DNA of 61,767 nucleotides, filler included, from Chthonomonadaceae bacterium (GTDB lineage Bacteria > Armatimonadota > Chthonomonadetes > Chthonomonadales > Chthonomonadaceae): assembly GCA_035650735.1 (NCBI GenBank). It is 5 parts of 5 records of this genome, joined end to end, with 100 filler letters (N's around TTAATTAATTAA, not from the genome) between each part and the next. Parts side by side here need not be neighbours in the genome. Positions count along the whole stretch, not along the records: positions 1 to 20,216 come from DASRGZ010000083.1; 4 more parts are not named here. One strand, written 5' to 3'. Of this stretch, positions 9,642 through 19,414 are shown one piece after another. Within the stretch, counting starts at the first letter, position 1. Each line of letters begins with the position of its first letter. Both the position numbers and the translations under genes were made by a program. The notes below the pieces were generated by a model, which was not told the DNA's origin, did not search any database, and saw nothing but the letters and a program-made list of their open reading frames with translations.

Positions 9642-9995
9642 GTCGTACTTACCTCCGAGTTGGACAGCAGAAGATTCCACCCGATTATTATAGATCATGC
9701 AAGCAGTGAAAACAATGCCCAACTAAGGGCAGAACGACCAAATTTGCTTTTATATGAAACTAACGCTATCCTGTGCAAAACAGTTTCGCCGCGCAAAATG
9801 CCCGCAGCAGACGACAGGCCCAGAGGTCAGACTGCGGCCCTTCCGGCTCGTATACCTCTGAAACGGACTAATCCAGAAATTGGCATACCTTCCAGCCCTT
9901 TCCCTCTGATCAGGGCTTAAGGGCGCAATCGCCTGGGAACCCGGCACCTGAACCTCGGTTTTTGCTGGTTTTTCTTCCAAAGTTTGCATTTTATA

Positions 9996-10024
9996 TTGAC
10001 ACCTTTGGCAAATCGTGGTATAGT
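9996..10024 (+). promoter_or_regulatory. Sigma70-type promoter
   Basis: TTGACA-17 bp-TATAGT with TGn extended -10. Confidence 0.8.
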
Positions 10025-10030
10025 ACTTGC

Positions 10031-10131
10031 GAAGGTATCCTTCTTTCTCGTCCTCATTCTAATGTCCCCAAGCGGGCTTGTAACGCTTGAGGTCAAAGCC
10101 CGGCTTCGATGAAGAGGCCGGGCTTCTTTTT
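10031..10131 (+). ncRNA. Candidate sRNA or riboswitch-like leader (~100 nt)
   Basis: Bounded by a near-consensus promoter and an intrinsic terminator; two internal hairpins and an alternative pairing; no Rfam family recognised. Confidence 0.5.
10096..10131 (+). terminator. Intrinsic terminator upstream of the D-cysteine desulfhydrase-family gene
   Basis: AAGCCCGGCTTC..GAGGCCGGGCTT followed by CTTTTT. Confidence 0.75.
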
Positions 10132-10186
10132 GCTGCTGCCCTTTTCCCACAGGAGCAATGCGCCCTTGCAACCGGAGACGACGCCC

Positions 10187-11224
10187 ATGCCCGTTCCCTC
10201 TCTGCGCGCCCTGGAGAGCCTGCCGCGCCTGCCAATAGCCCTGCTGCCCACGCCGCTGCACGCCCTACCCAACCTGCGGGCTGCGCTCGGCCCCAACACG
10301 CCGCGCCTGTGGATAAAACGCGACGACCTGACCGGCCTGGCGCTCGGCGGGAATAAAGCCCGCAAGCTGGAGTACCTGTTTGCCGACGCCCGTGCCCAGG
10401 GAGCGGACACCCTGCTGACCTGCGGCGCGGCTCAGTCCAACCACGCCCTGCAGACGGCGGCTGCAGCGGGGCGCTTCGGGTTTAGCGTCCGCTGCATCCT
10501 CTACGGCACGCCGCCCCCGCCGGAGGCGCCCGTCACCGGCAATCTGCTGCTGCACCGCCTTCTGGAGACGCCCATCCGCTGGACGCAGATGCAGGCGGGC
10601 GAAACACGGCGTGAGCAGGCGCTGCGGCGGACCCTGGCAGAGGAGGCGGAGGCGGTGCGCGCTGCCGGCGGCGTGAACTATAGCATTCCGACGGGCGGCT
10701 CGACGGCGGTGGGCGCACTCGGCTACGTGCGGGCGGCGCAGGAGGTCAGGGCGCAGTTGGAGGCGCTGGAGCTTGGCGAGGTCACGGCGGTCTTTTTTGC
10801 GTCCGGCAGCGGGGGTACGCAGGCCGGAATGGTCGTTGGGGCGCGCGCATTGGACTGGAGCCCCCAGCTTGTCGGCGTCGAGGTAGACCCGATACCGCCC
10901 GGCCCGGATGGCGTCTCGCCTTTTCAGCGTGCTGTCCTGAACCTGGCCAACGCGACGGCGGAGCGGCTGGGGCTGCCCGCCGATTACACCCTATCGGATA
11001 TCGCGCTTTGCCCGGACTATGCCGGCCCGGCCTACGGCGTCCCGACACAAGAAGGCCAGGAAGCGATTCGCCTCCTGGCCCAGACCGAGGGTATCTTTCT
11101 CGATCCCGTCTATACAGGCAAAGCTATGGCTGCGCTGATCGGCTGGGTGCGTGCCGGGCGCTTCCGCCCGGACCAGACCGTTCTGTTCTGGCACACCGGC
11201 GGCGTCGCCGGCCTCTTCGCCTAA
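10187..11224 (+). CDS. D-cysteine desulfhydrase / ACC deaminase family PLP enzyme
   Basis: WIKRDDLTG..GGNKARKLEY, QSNH, GSGGT, LDPVYTGKA, FWHTGG. Confidence 0.9.
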   Translation: MPVPSLRALESLPRLPIALLPTPLHALPNLRAALGPNTPRLWIKRDDLTGLALGGNKARKLEYLFADARAQGADTLLTCGAAQSNHALQTAAAAGRFGFSVRCILYGTPPPPEAPVTGNLLLHRLLETPIRWTQMQAGETRREQALRRTLAEEAEAVRAAGGVNYSIPTGGSTAVGALGYVRAAQEVRAQLEALELGEVTAVFFASGSGGTQAGMVVGARALDWSPQLVGVEVDPIPPGPDGVSPFQRAVLNLANATAERLGLPADYTLSDIALCPDYAGPAYGVPTQEGQEAIRLLAQTEGIFLDPVYTGKAMAALIGWVRAGRFRPDQTVLFWHTGGVAGLFA

Positions 11225-11232
11225 AAGCCTTT

Positions 11233-11441
11233 CAACAGGATGAACAGGATTTTCCAGGATTAACCGGATTTTCGGTAATCCCTCCCAACGGTGTGGACGT
11301 ATCTCCTCAGCAGCAGGCTGCGTGAGATTGATCCACACGGCTGGGAGTGTCTACCGGATTTCTAAAACCCAACCAACCGAGTGTCTTTTCCTCTGGGTTA
11401 GGCTTCTGTCTGAATCCTGCTAAATCCTGTTCATCCTGTTG
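11233..11441. repeat. CAGGATGAACAGGAT inverted-repeat element (MITE/REP-like)
   Basis: CAACAGGATGAACAGGATTT at the left end and AAATCCTGTTCATCCTGTTG at the right end; second copy at 27724-27834. Confidence 0.75.
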
Positions 11442-11457
11442 GTGTTTTTTGGTGTTT

Positions 11458-12624
11458 TTATTTGACGCCGAGTTTCTCCAGCGCCGCGCGGATCTCCGGC
11501 TCGTTGAAGCCGATACCGCGCCAGACGACCTTGCCATTGGAGTCAAGGACGTAGTTGGTCGGATAGGCCTGCACGCCGTACTGCTTGAAGATGGCGTAAT
11601 CGGCTCCGCCAGGCTGTCCACCCATGACGATGTTAAACGTCCAGTTGTTTTCCTTGATGTACTTGTTGATGGTGTCTTTGTCGTCGCCGCTGTTGATGGC
11701 GATCAGGTCCATTCCCTTGTCCTTGAGCTCGGTGTAGAGCTTCTGCAAGTGAGGAAACTCCTCACGGCAGGCCCCTCACCCATAGAACCAGAAGTTGACC
11801 AGGACCGCCTTTTTGTCTTTGAGCGCGTCCGTCAGGGCGACATGGCCGCCGGTGGGCGTGGGCAGCGAGAACTTGGGAGCCTCCTTGCCGACGGCGACCA
11901 AGCTGGCCTCCATATCTTCCTGCTTGGGCGGCTGATAGAGCTTGGCCGTTTTGGGCGGCGTGAACGTGAAAGCGGCGGTCGTCAGCGGCTGATCTACCTG
12001 CACGTTGGAGAGGTCGGCAGTCAGCTTGATAGTATCCTGTCCCTGCTTGAGATCTATCGTTGAGCGGGTGACCAGCTTGGCGGGGCTGACATAGAGCTTG
12101 ATCGTGTGGGAAATGGGTTTCTCCGCAGTCGCTTCGATAACCTGGCACTCTTTCCCTCCGATGGTTTCCTTATCCGCAACGCGCATCTTGTAGTCGGCCA
12201 GGTTGTTGGCCAGCCCGGTGAACTCCGGGTTGAAGAACATGCTGACGGGAAAGGCCCCTGGCGCGAACATATTCAGGCCATTGACATCGGCGTTTCGCTT
12301 CAGGTACTGGTTGTCGCTCTTCATATACATCCAAAGGGTTTTCCCATCGGAAACGACCGTCTGATTGGCCGGCGGGCCCAGTTCGATGCGTGCCAGGTTC
12401 GGCTTCTTCAGCTTGACCTTGCCCTCCATCTTCATGGGCTGTCCCTTCACTTCCTGGGACAGCGTCAGGTCCGCCGAGAGCGTTTTGGCGGCTTTGGTGG
12501 CCGTTGCCACTTCTTTGAGGAGCGCATCGGCCTGCTCGTCGGCACGGGCCGGCAGCGTACCGGCTCCGAGGGCGGCAAACAGGGCGGCGCCTCCCCAGGC
12601 GAACAAGATGGGTGGTCTTCTCAT
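11458..12624 (-). CDS. Probable selenoprotein: exported LolA-like domain fused to TlpA/ResA-like redoxin with UxxC (388 aa, Sec283)
   Basis: ORFs 11776-12624 and 11458-11748 are in frame across TGA 11776-11778, reading VNFWFYG-U-GAC-REEFPHL; YGVQAYPT cis-Pro loop; hairpin immediately 3' of the UGA. Confidence 0.85.
11736..11775 (-). promoter_or_regulatory. Putative bacterial SECIS element
   Basis: UGA GGGGC CUGC C GUGAGG AGUUU CCUCAC UU GCAG AA GCUC: stacked stems directly after the UGA. Confidence 0.7.
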
Positions 12625-12732
12625 CTTTATTCCGCTCTTTCCCTTTCTGCGCGGTCCGGGCCGCGCGGGCTATATCTGAATTTATTATGGCATGACTGCG
12701 CTTATTTCCTGCCGGTTATCGCGTTTTCTTTG

Positions 12733-12927
12733 CGGGCGGCGAAAGCCTCGCCAGGCGGAGGCAGGGGCCGTAACCCTGCCGACCCTGGCAGTAGCAACCA
12801 AGGCACGAAGTCGGCCTTCGCCGACTCCATCCTCCCCTCTCCCGCAGCGTGGGAAAGGGGAAGGGGGTGAGGGCAGAACCCGCGCCGGCGGGTTTTGTGC
12901 CTTGGTTGCCGCGAATTCATTCGCCCG
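12733..12927. repeat. Composite REP-like doublet
   Basis: GCAACCAAGGCAC-hairpin and inverted hairpin-GTGCCTTGGTTGC; GGCGGAGGCAGGGGCCGTAACCCTGCCGACCCTGGCAGT recurs inverted near 57547-57585. Confidence 0.7.
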
Positions 12928-12939
12928 CCATCAGAACGC

Positions 12940-13929
12940 CTAAGAGGCGGGAACCGGGCCGAGTTCCTGTCCGCATTCCGGGCAGAAACGATAGGCCACG
13001 TTGGTGACGACCGTGCCGCAGGCGGCGCAGGTGCGCTTACCGGCCTCGGTATCGGTGCGCGGATAGTCGCCGCGCAGCAAGCGCCGATACTGCTGGCTCT
13101 GCGCCCACTCCTTGATCTCGCGGGCGCGCATGACGGGGAAGGGATGGACTTCCCAGTCCTCCATGAACTTCAGCACGATGAGGTACTTGAAGTACATGTT
13201 GAGCAGACTATCATCCATGTCCTCGTACTGGTCGGCCTGCTTGGTGAACTCTTCCGGGTTCAGGTCGTCCATGAGCCGCTGTGAGCCGCCCACGAGCTTG
13301 AGCAGGCCCGTAATGCAGACCTGCGGGTCCTGGATGGTCAGCAGGCCCGCGCGGTCGGCGGTCAACTCGGCCTTGCGGAACCACTCGAACAGGGCATAGG
13401 CCAGCGTAATAGAGAGTATTTTGCCGGGCATCGCAAAGATATCCATGCCTCTTTTCAGGACGCTTGCCAGCCAGAGGGCCATCGTGCGATAGAGCAGGTG
13501 CTCGGCTTTGATATGACCGAGCTCATGCCCGATGGCCCACAGGCGCTCGGAATCGTTGAGCAGGTCCAGCAGGGCCGTCGTCATGACGATGGTGTGCCGC
13601 TCCATGCCAAAGGTAACGGCATTGGGGATCGGAAGCTGCACGACGTAGAGCTCGGGCTCGGTCACATCCAGGATGGCGCAGGCTTCGCGCAGGTCGTTAT
13701 AGAGGCGCGAATACTGGCGTGGGGAGACACGGATGCTATCGGCGACATAGAAAATGCGCATCAGGCGCTCCACGCCTAGCTCATACATCCATTTGATCAG
13801 GCGGTCGAGGCCGGGCGTGCGGCGCAGGGTCTCCAGCGCGGCGCGGTCGGCGGGATGCTCAAAGGCAGCGCTGGCGAGGCCGGGAAAGCGCACGCGCGGC
13901 GGCAGGGTGAAGGCGGGAGAGGCTTCCAT
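12940..13929 (-). CDS. M48 family metallopeptidase with C-terminal zinc ribbon
   Basis: HELGH, AELTADRAG, HPFPVMR; terminal CAAC..CPEC; AGGAG before ATG 13929. Confidence 0.9.
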   Translation of the reverse strand: MEASPAFTLPPRVRFPGLASAAFEHPADRAALETLRRTPGLDRLIKWMYELGVERLMRIFYVADSIRVSPRQYSRLYNDLREACAILDVTEPELYVVQLPIPNAVTFGMERHTIVMTTALLDLLNDSERLWAIGHELGHIKAEHLLYRTMALWLASVLKRGMDIFAMPGKILSITLAYALFEWFRKAELTADRAGLLTIQDPQVCITGLLKLVGGSQRLMDDLNPEEFTKQADQYEDMDDSLLNMYFKYLIVLKFMEDWEVHPFPVMRAREIKEWAQSQQYRRLLRGDYPRTDTEAGKRTCAACGTVVTNVAYRFCPECGQELGPVPAS

Positions 13930-13936
13930 CGGTCTG

Positions 13937-14998
13937 TTATTCTCCTGACGGCGGGTTGGCGCCGTTTGTACCCTCTTCTTGAGGCGGGTCGGCGGGCGGC
14001 TCTTCCGGGGGCGCTGCTTCCGCAGACGGCGTCCACTCGGATTTCGTCTGCTCGCCACTCTCCTCCGTTGGCGTCTCCTCATGCGCCTCCGCGATGGCCT
14101 CCGAGAGCATTTCGGAGGTCGGCTGCTCGTAGCTGGCGGTGAGCGGGGAGGGCTCCTCCTCCAGCGCGGGCGCCTCCGGCGTCTCGGGAGGCGGGATCTC
14201 GAACGGTTCCCAGGAGGAAGTGGGCGGCTCCGCGATGGCCTCCGGGCTTTCCGCCGTCTCCGTCGGCTGCTGTTGGGCCGGGAGGGGGAAATCCGAGAGG
14301 GCTGTCTCCGTCGGGGAGGCGAGGGCAGAGAAGTCCGGTAGCGTCTCCACTTTGGGAGGCGGCGCGGCGGTCTCGCCGGCGCTGGTGGGAGCCGATTCCT
14401 CAGACGGCGTGCTGAGTGGCTGGCCGCAGTAAGGACAGAACTTCGCCGGTTGATCCAGAACCTGGCCGCAGGCCGGGCAGAGGCTCTGCGTCGGACGGGC
14501 CGGGGCGGTCGGGCGTGCAGTCGTCAGGGAGCGGAACACCTCCACCATCGCCTGCGCGTGCTCGCAATTTGCGGGGCCATCCAGCCGCAGGCGGAAGTGC
14601 TGCTCGTTATTCAGGCGCAGCACCAGGCGACAGGCCGGGCCGGCGCCGAACGTCTCGACATCGGCAAACTCCAGGGAGACGATGTCGCTCAAGGGAAAGA
14701 AGTGCGGCAGGATCTCGCTAGGCCGTCCGTTTTCAGGATGGATATGCTGGAGGATGAAGCGGCGCTCGGTCAGACCGACATTGACAAAGGGCGCAAAAAA
14801 GGCTTCTGGCCCGACGTTGAGCTTGCCGCGCCAGCCGCCCGCCAGCCGCCCGCGCGCGAAGGCCAAGAGCTGCTCATCGCCTTCCAGGATCGTGCGCAAT
14901 CCCTCGATCAGGGAGGCAAGCTCCGCGCGGCGGCGGGCCTTTTCCCGCTCCTGGCGCTCGGCCTCCCGGTCGGCTTTAGGTTGGGTAGAATTGACCAT
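13937..14998 (-). CDS. PH-like domain + zinc ribbon protein with acidic Pro/Glu-rich tail
   Basis: EQLLAFARG..VGLTERRFIL pattern; CPACG..FCPYCG; low-complexity C-terminus. Confidence 0.65.
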   Translation of the reverse strand: MVNSTQPKADREAERQEREKARRRAELASLIEGLRTILEGDEQLLAFARGRLAGGWRGKLNVGPEAFFAPFVNVGLTERRFILQHIHPENGRPSEILPHFFPLSDIVSLEFADVETFGAGPACRLVLRLNNEQHFRLRLDGPANCEHAQAMVEVFRSLTTARPTAPARPTQSLCPACGQVLDQPAKFCPYCGQPLSTPSEESAPTSAGETAAPPPKVETLPDFSALASPTETALSDFPLPAQQQPTETAESPEAIAEPPTSSWEPFEIPPPETPEAPALEEEPSPLTASYEQPTSEMLSEAIAEAHEETPTEESGEQTKSEWTPSAEAAPPEEPPADPPQEEGTNGANPPSGE

Positions 14999-15125
14999 GA
15001 CAGTTTCCGTTTCCAAATTATGGTTCCATGCAGTATTGGCAAACCTGGCCGTGTATACTACAGGTACGGAGTGGCCAGAAGGCAAGTTTCGTGGGATGTT
15101 CGCGGGGCCACTTGACTTTGCCATG

Positions 15126-17588
15126 CTACTGTCCCACGATGGTGTACTTGCCGGCGCCGCCTATCGAGGCGTAGGCGCGGCCCGCCGCTGTGTGATCCAG
15201 GGCAGCAGGACGTCCGTTAATGGTGAGAGTCTGGCCGGGAAGGCCGACGAGCGCCGTGACGCCGCGCGGCAGCGTTAAATGAAGGGTCATGCTGGCTCCC
15301 GTCTTTTCGGCGCGGACGTGGAGGATGCCGCGCGGCGTGGGAACGTCGCCCTCGGCCCAGGTCAGGTCGCCCAGTTCCGGCACGATCTCGGCCTTGGTAA
15401 AGCCTCCGCCGGTGGGCCGCACGCCCAGCACGCGCTCGGTCAGCCAGTTGGTCGGTCCCGCCGACCAGCCGTGGCACAGGCTGACGAAGTAGCCCGTGCC
15501 GTTGTCGGCCTGCAAGTGCGCGTGGAAGTTGTTCTTCTCCCAGCGCGGGTCGTAGCCTTCCCAGAAGGTGGTTGCGCCCTCGGCGAGCATCCCGCCCCAG
15601 TAGTCGCGCAGCACTTGCAGCGTCTCCGCCGTGTGTCCGGCCATGCTCATCGCGAAGATGACGTAGTTATTATAATAGGGCGTGGCGACGATGTTCCACG
15701 CCGGGCTGCCGGGTTTGAGGACCGTGTCATAGATGGCGCGGGTCTGCTCCGGGGTGGCGACGCCGGAATAGATCGCCATCGCGTTTTCCTGGCGGCGGTC
15801 GCTAAAGGTGTGCGTGTTCGGATCAGCCAGATATTGCTGCGCCGCCTCCGTCAGCTCACTGGCCCAGGCCGCGTACTTGCTGGCGTTGGCCGGGTCGCCC
15901 ATTTCGTTGAGCAGGAAGACTGCCTCCCGGACCGCTTTGACCAGGAACAGGTGCGTGGCGGCGCGGGCGAGGGGACTATCGCCGTTGAAGTCTGGCGACC
16001 AGTCCACAAACGGCCAGGCGCCGCGCTTATTGGCGAAGACGCCCCGGTTGTCCAGCTCGCCCCGGAGGTATTCCAGCATAGAGATCAGCAGGTCGTGCTG
16101 CTTATTCAGGTAGTCGTAGTCGCCGATGTGGCGGTGGAAATCGGCCAGGCCGGCGATCCAGGCGCAGGAGTAGCCGGGAATGCCGTTGACGTGGGCGCGC
16201 GGCGACTCGGCGGCGGGCTGGCCGCCCTGCGCATCCTCGCGCAGCCGCCGCATCGTCTGCTCCATCAGGAAGGTATCGGCAAAAACGTTGTTGATGACCT
16301 CGCCGGAGACGTGCAGGTCGCCCATCCAGCGGGCGCGGTCGCGCTTGGGCGCGTCCCAGATGTCGTCCTGCATACAGAGGTGGGCGGTGTAGGCGCCCGT
16401 ATACCAGATGCGGGTCAGCAGATTATCCGAGCAGGCGAACGCGCCCTTGTACTGCACCGGATAGTACAGGTGGTCGCAGAGAACGCTCGTAATGGCCTGC
16501 GTCTGCTGCGCGCCGGGGCCGGGCACGAAGGTGAGCTTGGCGTAGCGGAACGCGCTGTAGGGCGTAGCCGCCTTGCTGCCATTGGCGAGTTCCAGGCGGT
16601 GGACGCCGCCCCACGGCGCATTGATCGCCTCCTCCCGCGATTCGCCGGTCCCGACCAGCACCGTTGCCGGCCCTTCCGCCGTGATCTCGATGCGCCCGGA
16701 AAGCTCCTTGCCGAAGTCGAGGACGAGGCTGGGCGGGTCGGAGGAGCCGGAGGGCGCCAGATGCACGGCTAGGCGGGCCGTCTCCGGGCGCGTCAGCGTC
16801 TCGGTTCCCTCCAGTTTGCCCGCGCCCTCATGCAGATCCAGCACTTCCACGGGGCGCATGGGCAGGTGGGCCAGGTACGGCGGGGCCGAGGCCAGATATC
16901 CGGGCCAGCCCTGAAGCTGGCTGCTCCACGGCCCGCCGGTGACAGGCGCGAGGACGGTGGCCGGTTTCCAGGCCGAGTCATCAAAAGTCGGGGCCGTCCA
17001 ATCCGCAGGGGGGGCCTCCGTCGAGACCTTCCAGTTCGCGCCGGTCAGCAGGGCCGGCTTGCCGTCGAGTTCCAGGCGGGCAATCGCTCCCGCCGGGCCG
17101 CCCGCGTTCGTGGCGCGCAGGGCGATCACGTTCTTGCCGGGCGCAAGATAGCGGGTGACATCCAGCCGGTGGACGTGGCTCCAGACGAAGTCATCCTTGG
17201 GGTCGGACCGCGTCTCGTCCACCTGCTGGCCGTTGATAAAGAGGGTATAGAAGTTGTCGGCGGTCACGTAGAGCGCCGCCGACTCAGGCTTTCGAGGAAT
17301 AGATATCGTGCCGCGCAGATAGACGGTTTGATTATCGGCGGTACTATCTGCCCATATCCACTGCGCGTCCGGGCCGGTTTGCGCCGGCTTTGGCGTGTGT
17401 TTGGGCAGGGGTATGCTGTAGGTCGGGTCCAGCGTGGGCGGCATCGGGCGCGGCGGCTCGTCGGCGCGCAGGGACAGGGCCGGCCCGCCGAGAGCGCAGC
17501 CGGCCAGCACAACGCGCAGACAGAGGGACAGCAGGCCCATAGCCCGCCTCTGACGCACGGAGGGAAGAAAGGAAATAGCGGCGATCAT
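15126..17588 (-). CDS. Secreted alpha-L-rhamnosidase-like glycoside hydrolase (GH78)
   Basis: LVLDFGKE, DAPKRDRARWMGD, GATTFWE, SLCHGWSAGP; AGGAG before ATG 17588. Confidence 0.88.
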   Translation of the reverse strand: MIAAISFLPSVRQRRAMGLLSLCLRVVLAGCALGGPALSLRADEPPRPMPPTLDPTYSIPLPKHTPKPAQTGPDAQWIWADSTADNQTVYLRGTISIPRKPESAALYVTADNFYTLFINGQQVDETRSDPKDDFVWSHVHRLDVTRYLAPGKNVIALRATNAGGPAGAIARLELDGKPALLTGANWKVSTEAPPADWTAPTFDDSAWKPATVLAPVTGGPWSSQLQGWPGYLASAPPYLAHLPMRPVEVLDLHEGAGKLEGTETLTRPETARLAVHLAPSGSSDPPSLVLDFGKELSGRIEITAEGPATVLVGTGESREEAINAPWGGVHRLELANGSKAATPYSAFRYAKLTFVPGPGAQQTQAITSVLCDHLYYPVQYKGAFACSDNLLTRIWYTGAYTAHLCMQDDIWDAPKRDRARWMGDLHVSGEVINNVFADTFLMEQTMRRLREDAQGGQPAAESPRAHVNGIPGYSCAWIAGLADFHRHIGDYDYLNKQHDLLISMLEYLRGELDNRGVFANKRGAWPFVDWSPDFNGDSPLARAATHLFLVKAVREAVFLLNEMGDPANASKYAAWASELTEAAQQYLADPNTHTFSDRRQENAMAIYSGVATPEQTRAIYDTVLKPGSPAWNIVATPYYNNYVIFAMSMAGHTAETLQVLRDYWGGMLAEGATTFWEGYDPRWEKNNFHAHLQADNGTGYFVSLCHGWSAGPTNWLTERVLGVRPTGGGFTKAEIVPELGDLTWAEGDVPTPRGILHVRAEKTGASMTLHLTLPRGVTALVGLPGQTLTINGRPAALDHTAAGRAYASIGGAGKYTIVGQ

Positions 17589-17829
17589 CGGAACACTCCT
17601 GACAAAAGCGTTACGGCATGGCGAGTATAACAAACGGGGCCATGTGCCGTCAAGCCTATCGTGGGCAATGTCAAGCAGTTCCTTGGCCGACCGACGACGT
17701 GTGCGGTTGAGTGTCTGCCGTTGCCGTCCGTGAGGCGGGCTTTGCTAACGAAGGCGCAGAGGCGACAGGGGAAGATAAGGATCGGCAGCCGCCCACAAAC
17801 TTTACAATCCTCTGCGTGCAAGGGAACGT

Positions 17830-18528
17830 TTATGACGTTAAGGACGCGACCTGCGGTCGAGTCCGGTTAATCCAGGCTTCCGCCGCGATGAGGTGCAGCA
17901 CAAAGCCGATCCAAAACGCAGTGCCGAAAAATTCGTAGGGCGTCAGCCCGGTAGAGCGGCTAGTGGCGAAGAAAATGCCCACGATAGGCCGAATCGTAGC
18001 GACAGCCAGGCCAATAGAGAAAGCCCGAATCATCCACTCGCGGTGGAGCGCGATTTCGCGCCGCAGAATATGCCGAAAGGCGTTGCCCAGCGCGAATAAA
18101 AAGAACAGGGCAAACAGCGTTGTTGCTGCTGCTTGATTGACGCCGCCGATAGCCGGCATCCCAAAGCTCATCACAAGCGCCGACACGCCAATCACCATGC
18201 CGCATAGCAGGACAATGCGCCCGCTCCAGCGGTGCCATTGGAGATGACGCTCGCGCAGTGTGTGGCTAAATTGCAACGGCCCCAGCACCACGAAGAGCAG
18301 GCCGGGCAGGATGTGAACGAGCGTCAAAACTGGATAGCGCGCAAATATATCATCCAGGGCCGCGAACTTCGCCGCTGTGGGATTGGATGCGCCAGCGGGC
18401 GGAGTGTAGCCGTGGATGAGAATAGGCACGAGATTCACCGTCCGCCGTACCGCGACGGCAGCGCCAATCAGCGCCAGAAAGATGACCGCGCTCCAAAGCG
18501 CGCGCCGGACGCGAATATCAGGTGCCAA
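17830..18528 (-). CDS. DUF2306-like membrane protein
   Basis: HILPG..LGPLQF, HRWSGR, HREWMIR; several TM segments. Confidence 0.8.
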   Translation of the reverse strand: MAPDIRVRRALWSAVIFLALIGAAVAVRRTVNLVPILIHGYTPPAGASNPTAAKFAALDDIFARYPVLTLVHILPGLLFVVLGPLQFSHTLRERHLQWHRWSGRIVLLCGMVIGVSALVMSFGMPAIGGVNQAAATTLFALFFLFALGNAFRHILRREIALHREWMIRAFSIGLAVATIRPIVGIFFATSRSTGLTPYEFFGTAFWIGFVLHLIAAEAWINRTRPQVASLTS

Positions 18529-19240
18529 TTGATCCTCTCCGAGCGCTCACATCTCTCGAAGTCGGCATTGTAAAGCCGACGCCGATCATCCAGATAAAGG
18601 CGGGAAAGCGACCTAAAGGCAGCAGGAAAGATGCCTGGGGAAGAACCAGGCTTAACGTCGAGAGTTCCGCAATCGCCGCCAAAATCAGCCCCAGGTAGAC
18701 AAGCCAGCGCGGCAAGAGCCGGGCAAACGCAGACGGGACGGTTACTCCCGCGAGAAGCAGTCCCAGGGGCACAACATGCCCCACTCCACCCGTCGCAAAT
18801 CCGAGCAACTGAACGGTACGCATAGCGCCGACTTGCTCCGCGATGCCTGGCTGAGAGAGCGCCCAGCCCGCCAGCGCGGAAGCTGCCAGGAAGATCGAGG
18901 CGGCAAACCCTCCAAAGAGCGCAATGGACACGCCTGCCACATTCATTCCCCAAAAGTTCAGCCTGCTCGTAACGGTCGCCGTGAAGATCCCAAGCGGGAT
19001 CGCCGCGCCGAACTGCAAGAAGGCAGCAATGCGAACGGCGTCTGCGTGCTGCAAGTAATAAGCCTGGGCAGCCGTGATGGGAGCGTAGGGGGTAGGAAAG
19101 CGTGTTCCCCCCGTCATGACTCCCATGACTAACTGACTGGCAATGAACAGAGCCACGAATACGATGCCTAACCCACCTAACGAGGGACCGCGATGATGCC
19201 AAGCAGCCATTCCTTGAGTTTCGGGCGTCACTTGTGCCAT
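18518..19240 (-). CDS. Multi-TM membrane protein (DUF4386-like)
   Basis: About six hydrophobic helices; GAGGAG before ATG 19240; overlaps the next gene. Confidence 0.7.
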   Translation of the reverse strand: MAQVTPETQGMAAWHHRGPSLGGLGIVFVALFIASQLVMGVMTGGTRFPTPYAPITAAQAYYLQHADAVRIAAFLQFGAAIPLGIFTATVTSRLNFWGMNVAGVSIALFGGFAASIFLAASALAGWALSQPGIAEQVGAMRTVQLLGFATGGVGHVVPLGLLLAGVTVPSAFARLLPRWLVYLGLILAAIAELSTLSLVLPQASFLLPLGRFPAFIWMIGVGFTMPTSRDVSARRGSIGT

Positions 19241-19414
19241 GGTATGCTCCTCTGATAAGGCTCCCAACCTATAACCTAGTCTCGCAGTGAAGCGGCACGC
19301 TCTGAGGCGCGCAAGAGTCTATTCCCGTGCAAATAAGGCATACTATAATGAGAGTCCAGCCGATTTTCGTTTTACATCGTGCCCAACGAAAACAGCGGGC
19401 ACTAGGTTTCATCA

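Noticed and set aside
10049..10058. TCGTCCTCAT shared with 57299-57308
   Set aside because: A 10-mer match without shared flanks or structure
11776..11778. Treating the TGA as a true stop (two genes or a pseudogene)
   Set aside because: It falls on the catalytic Cys position, the frame continues and a SECIS-like hairpin follows
19364..19392. TTTTCGTT-N13-AACGAAAA as a TetR operator
   Set aside because: Plausible position but short AT-rich arms and a long spacer; too weak to call
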